Shown piece by piece: positions 63,913 through 64,000 of a DNA stretch of 64,000 nt (its first letter is position 1; each line of letters opens with the position of its first letter). Position numbers and translations under genes: made by a program. This DNA comes from Octopus sinensis (lineage: Eukaryota), in the NCBI RefSeq assembly GCF_006345805.1, contig NC_042997.1, positions 153,140,001 through 153,204,000 of the forward strand, read 5' to 3'. The notes under the pieces were generated by a model that saw only the letters and a list, made by a program, of their open reading frames with translations, was not told the origin of the DNA and ran no database searches.

Positions 63913-64000
63913 AAGCAATAAATGAGCGCATGAAAAGAAGGGTCCGAGATATGGGTTTCAGGAATAATATGTTCCACAGTGTTCGACTAGAGGAAGATGC

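Overview
AT-rich, microsatellite-saturated eukaryotic DNA. The SINE and LINE families look like those of Octopus (coleoid cephalopod); this is inferred from recognised repeat sequences, not from a search. Most ORFs in the supplied track are simple-repeat or antisense artefacts. Supported content: two abundant tRNA-derived SINE families, including a six-copy head-to-tail stack; fragments of R4/Dong-like RLE LINEs next to (TAA)n; an RTE LINE with a 5' inversion; a long frameshifted Tx1/L1-like LINE; several Penelope-like element (PLE) remnants and pLTRs carrying hammerhead-ribozyme motifs; several MITE/foldback structures; and a ~1.69 kb near-identical tandem duplication. Two observations stand out. 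(1) Exon-like blocks at four places (A ~3.0-6.4 kb minus, B ~15.7-21.8 kb plus, C ~38.6-40.4 kb minus, D ~58.1-60.4 kb minus) resemble one another and, by eye, the amino-terminal domain plus start of S1 of ionotropic glutamate receptors. This suggests a cluster of divergent, mostly disabled iGluR/IR-like paralogs. (2) At least five sequence families of hammerhead motifs occur, including a perfect back-to-back pair at 61243-61380 and variant cores. All protein-family calls are by-eye and need HMM/tblastn confirmation.
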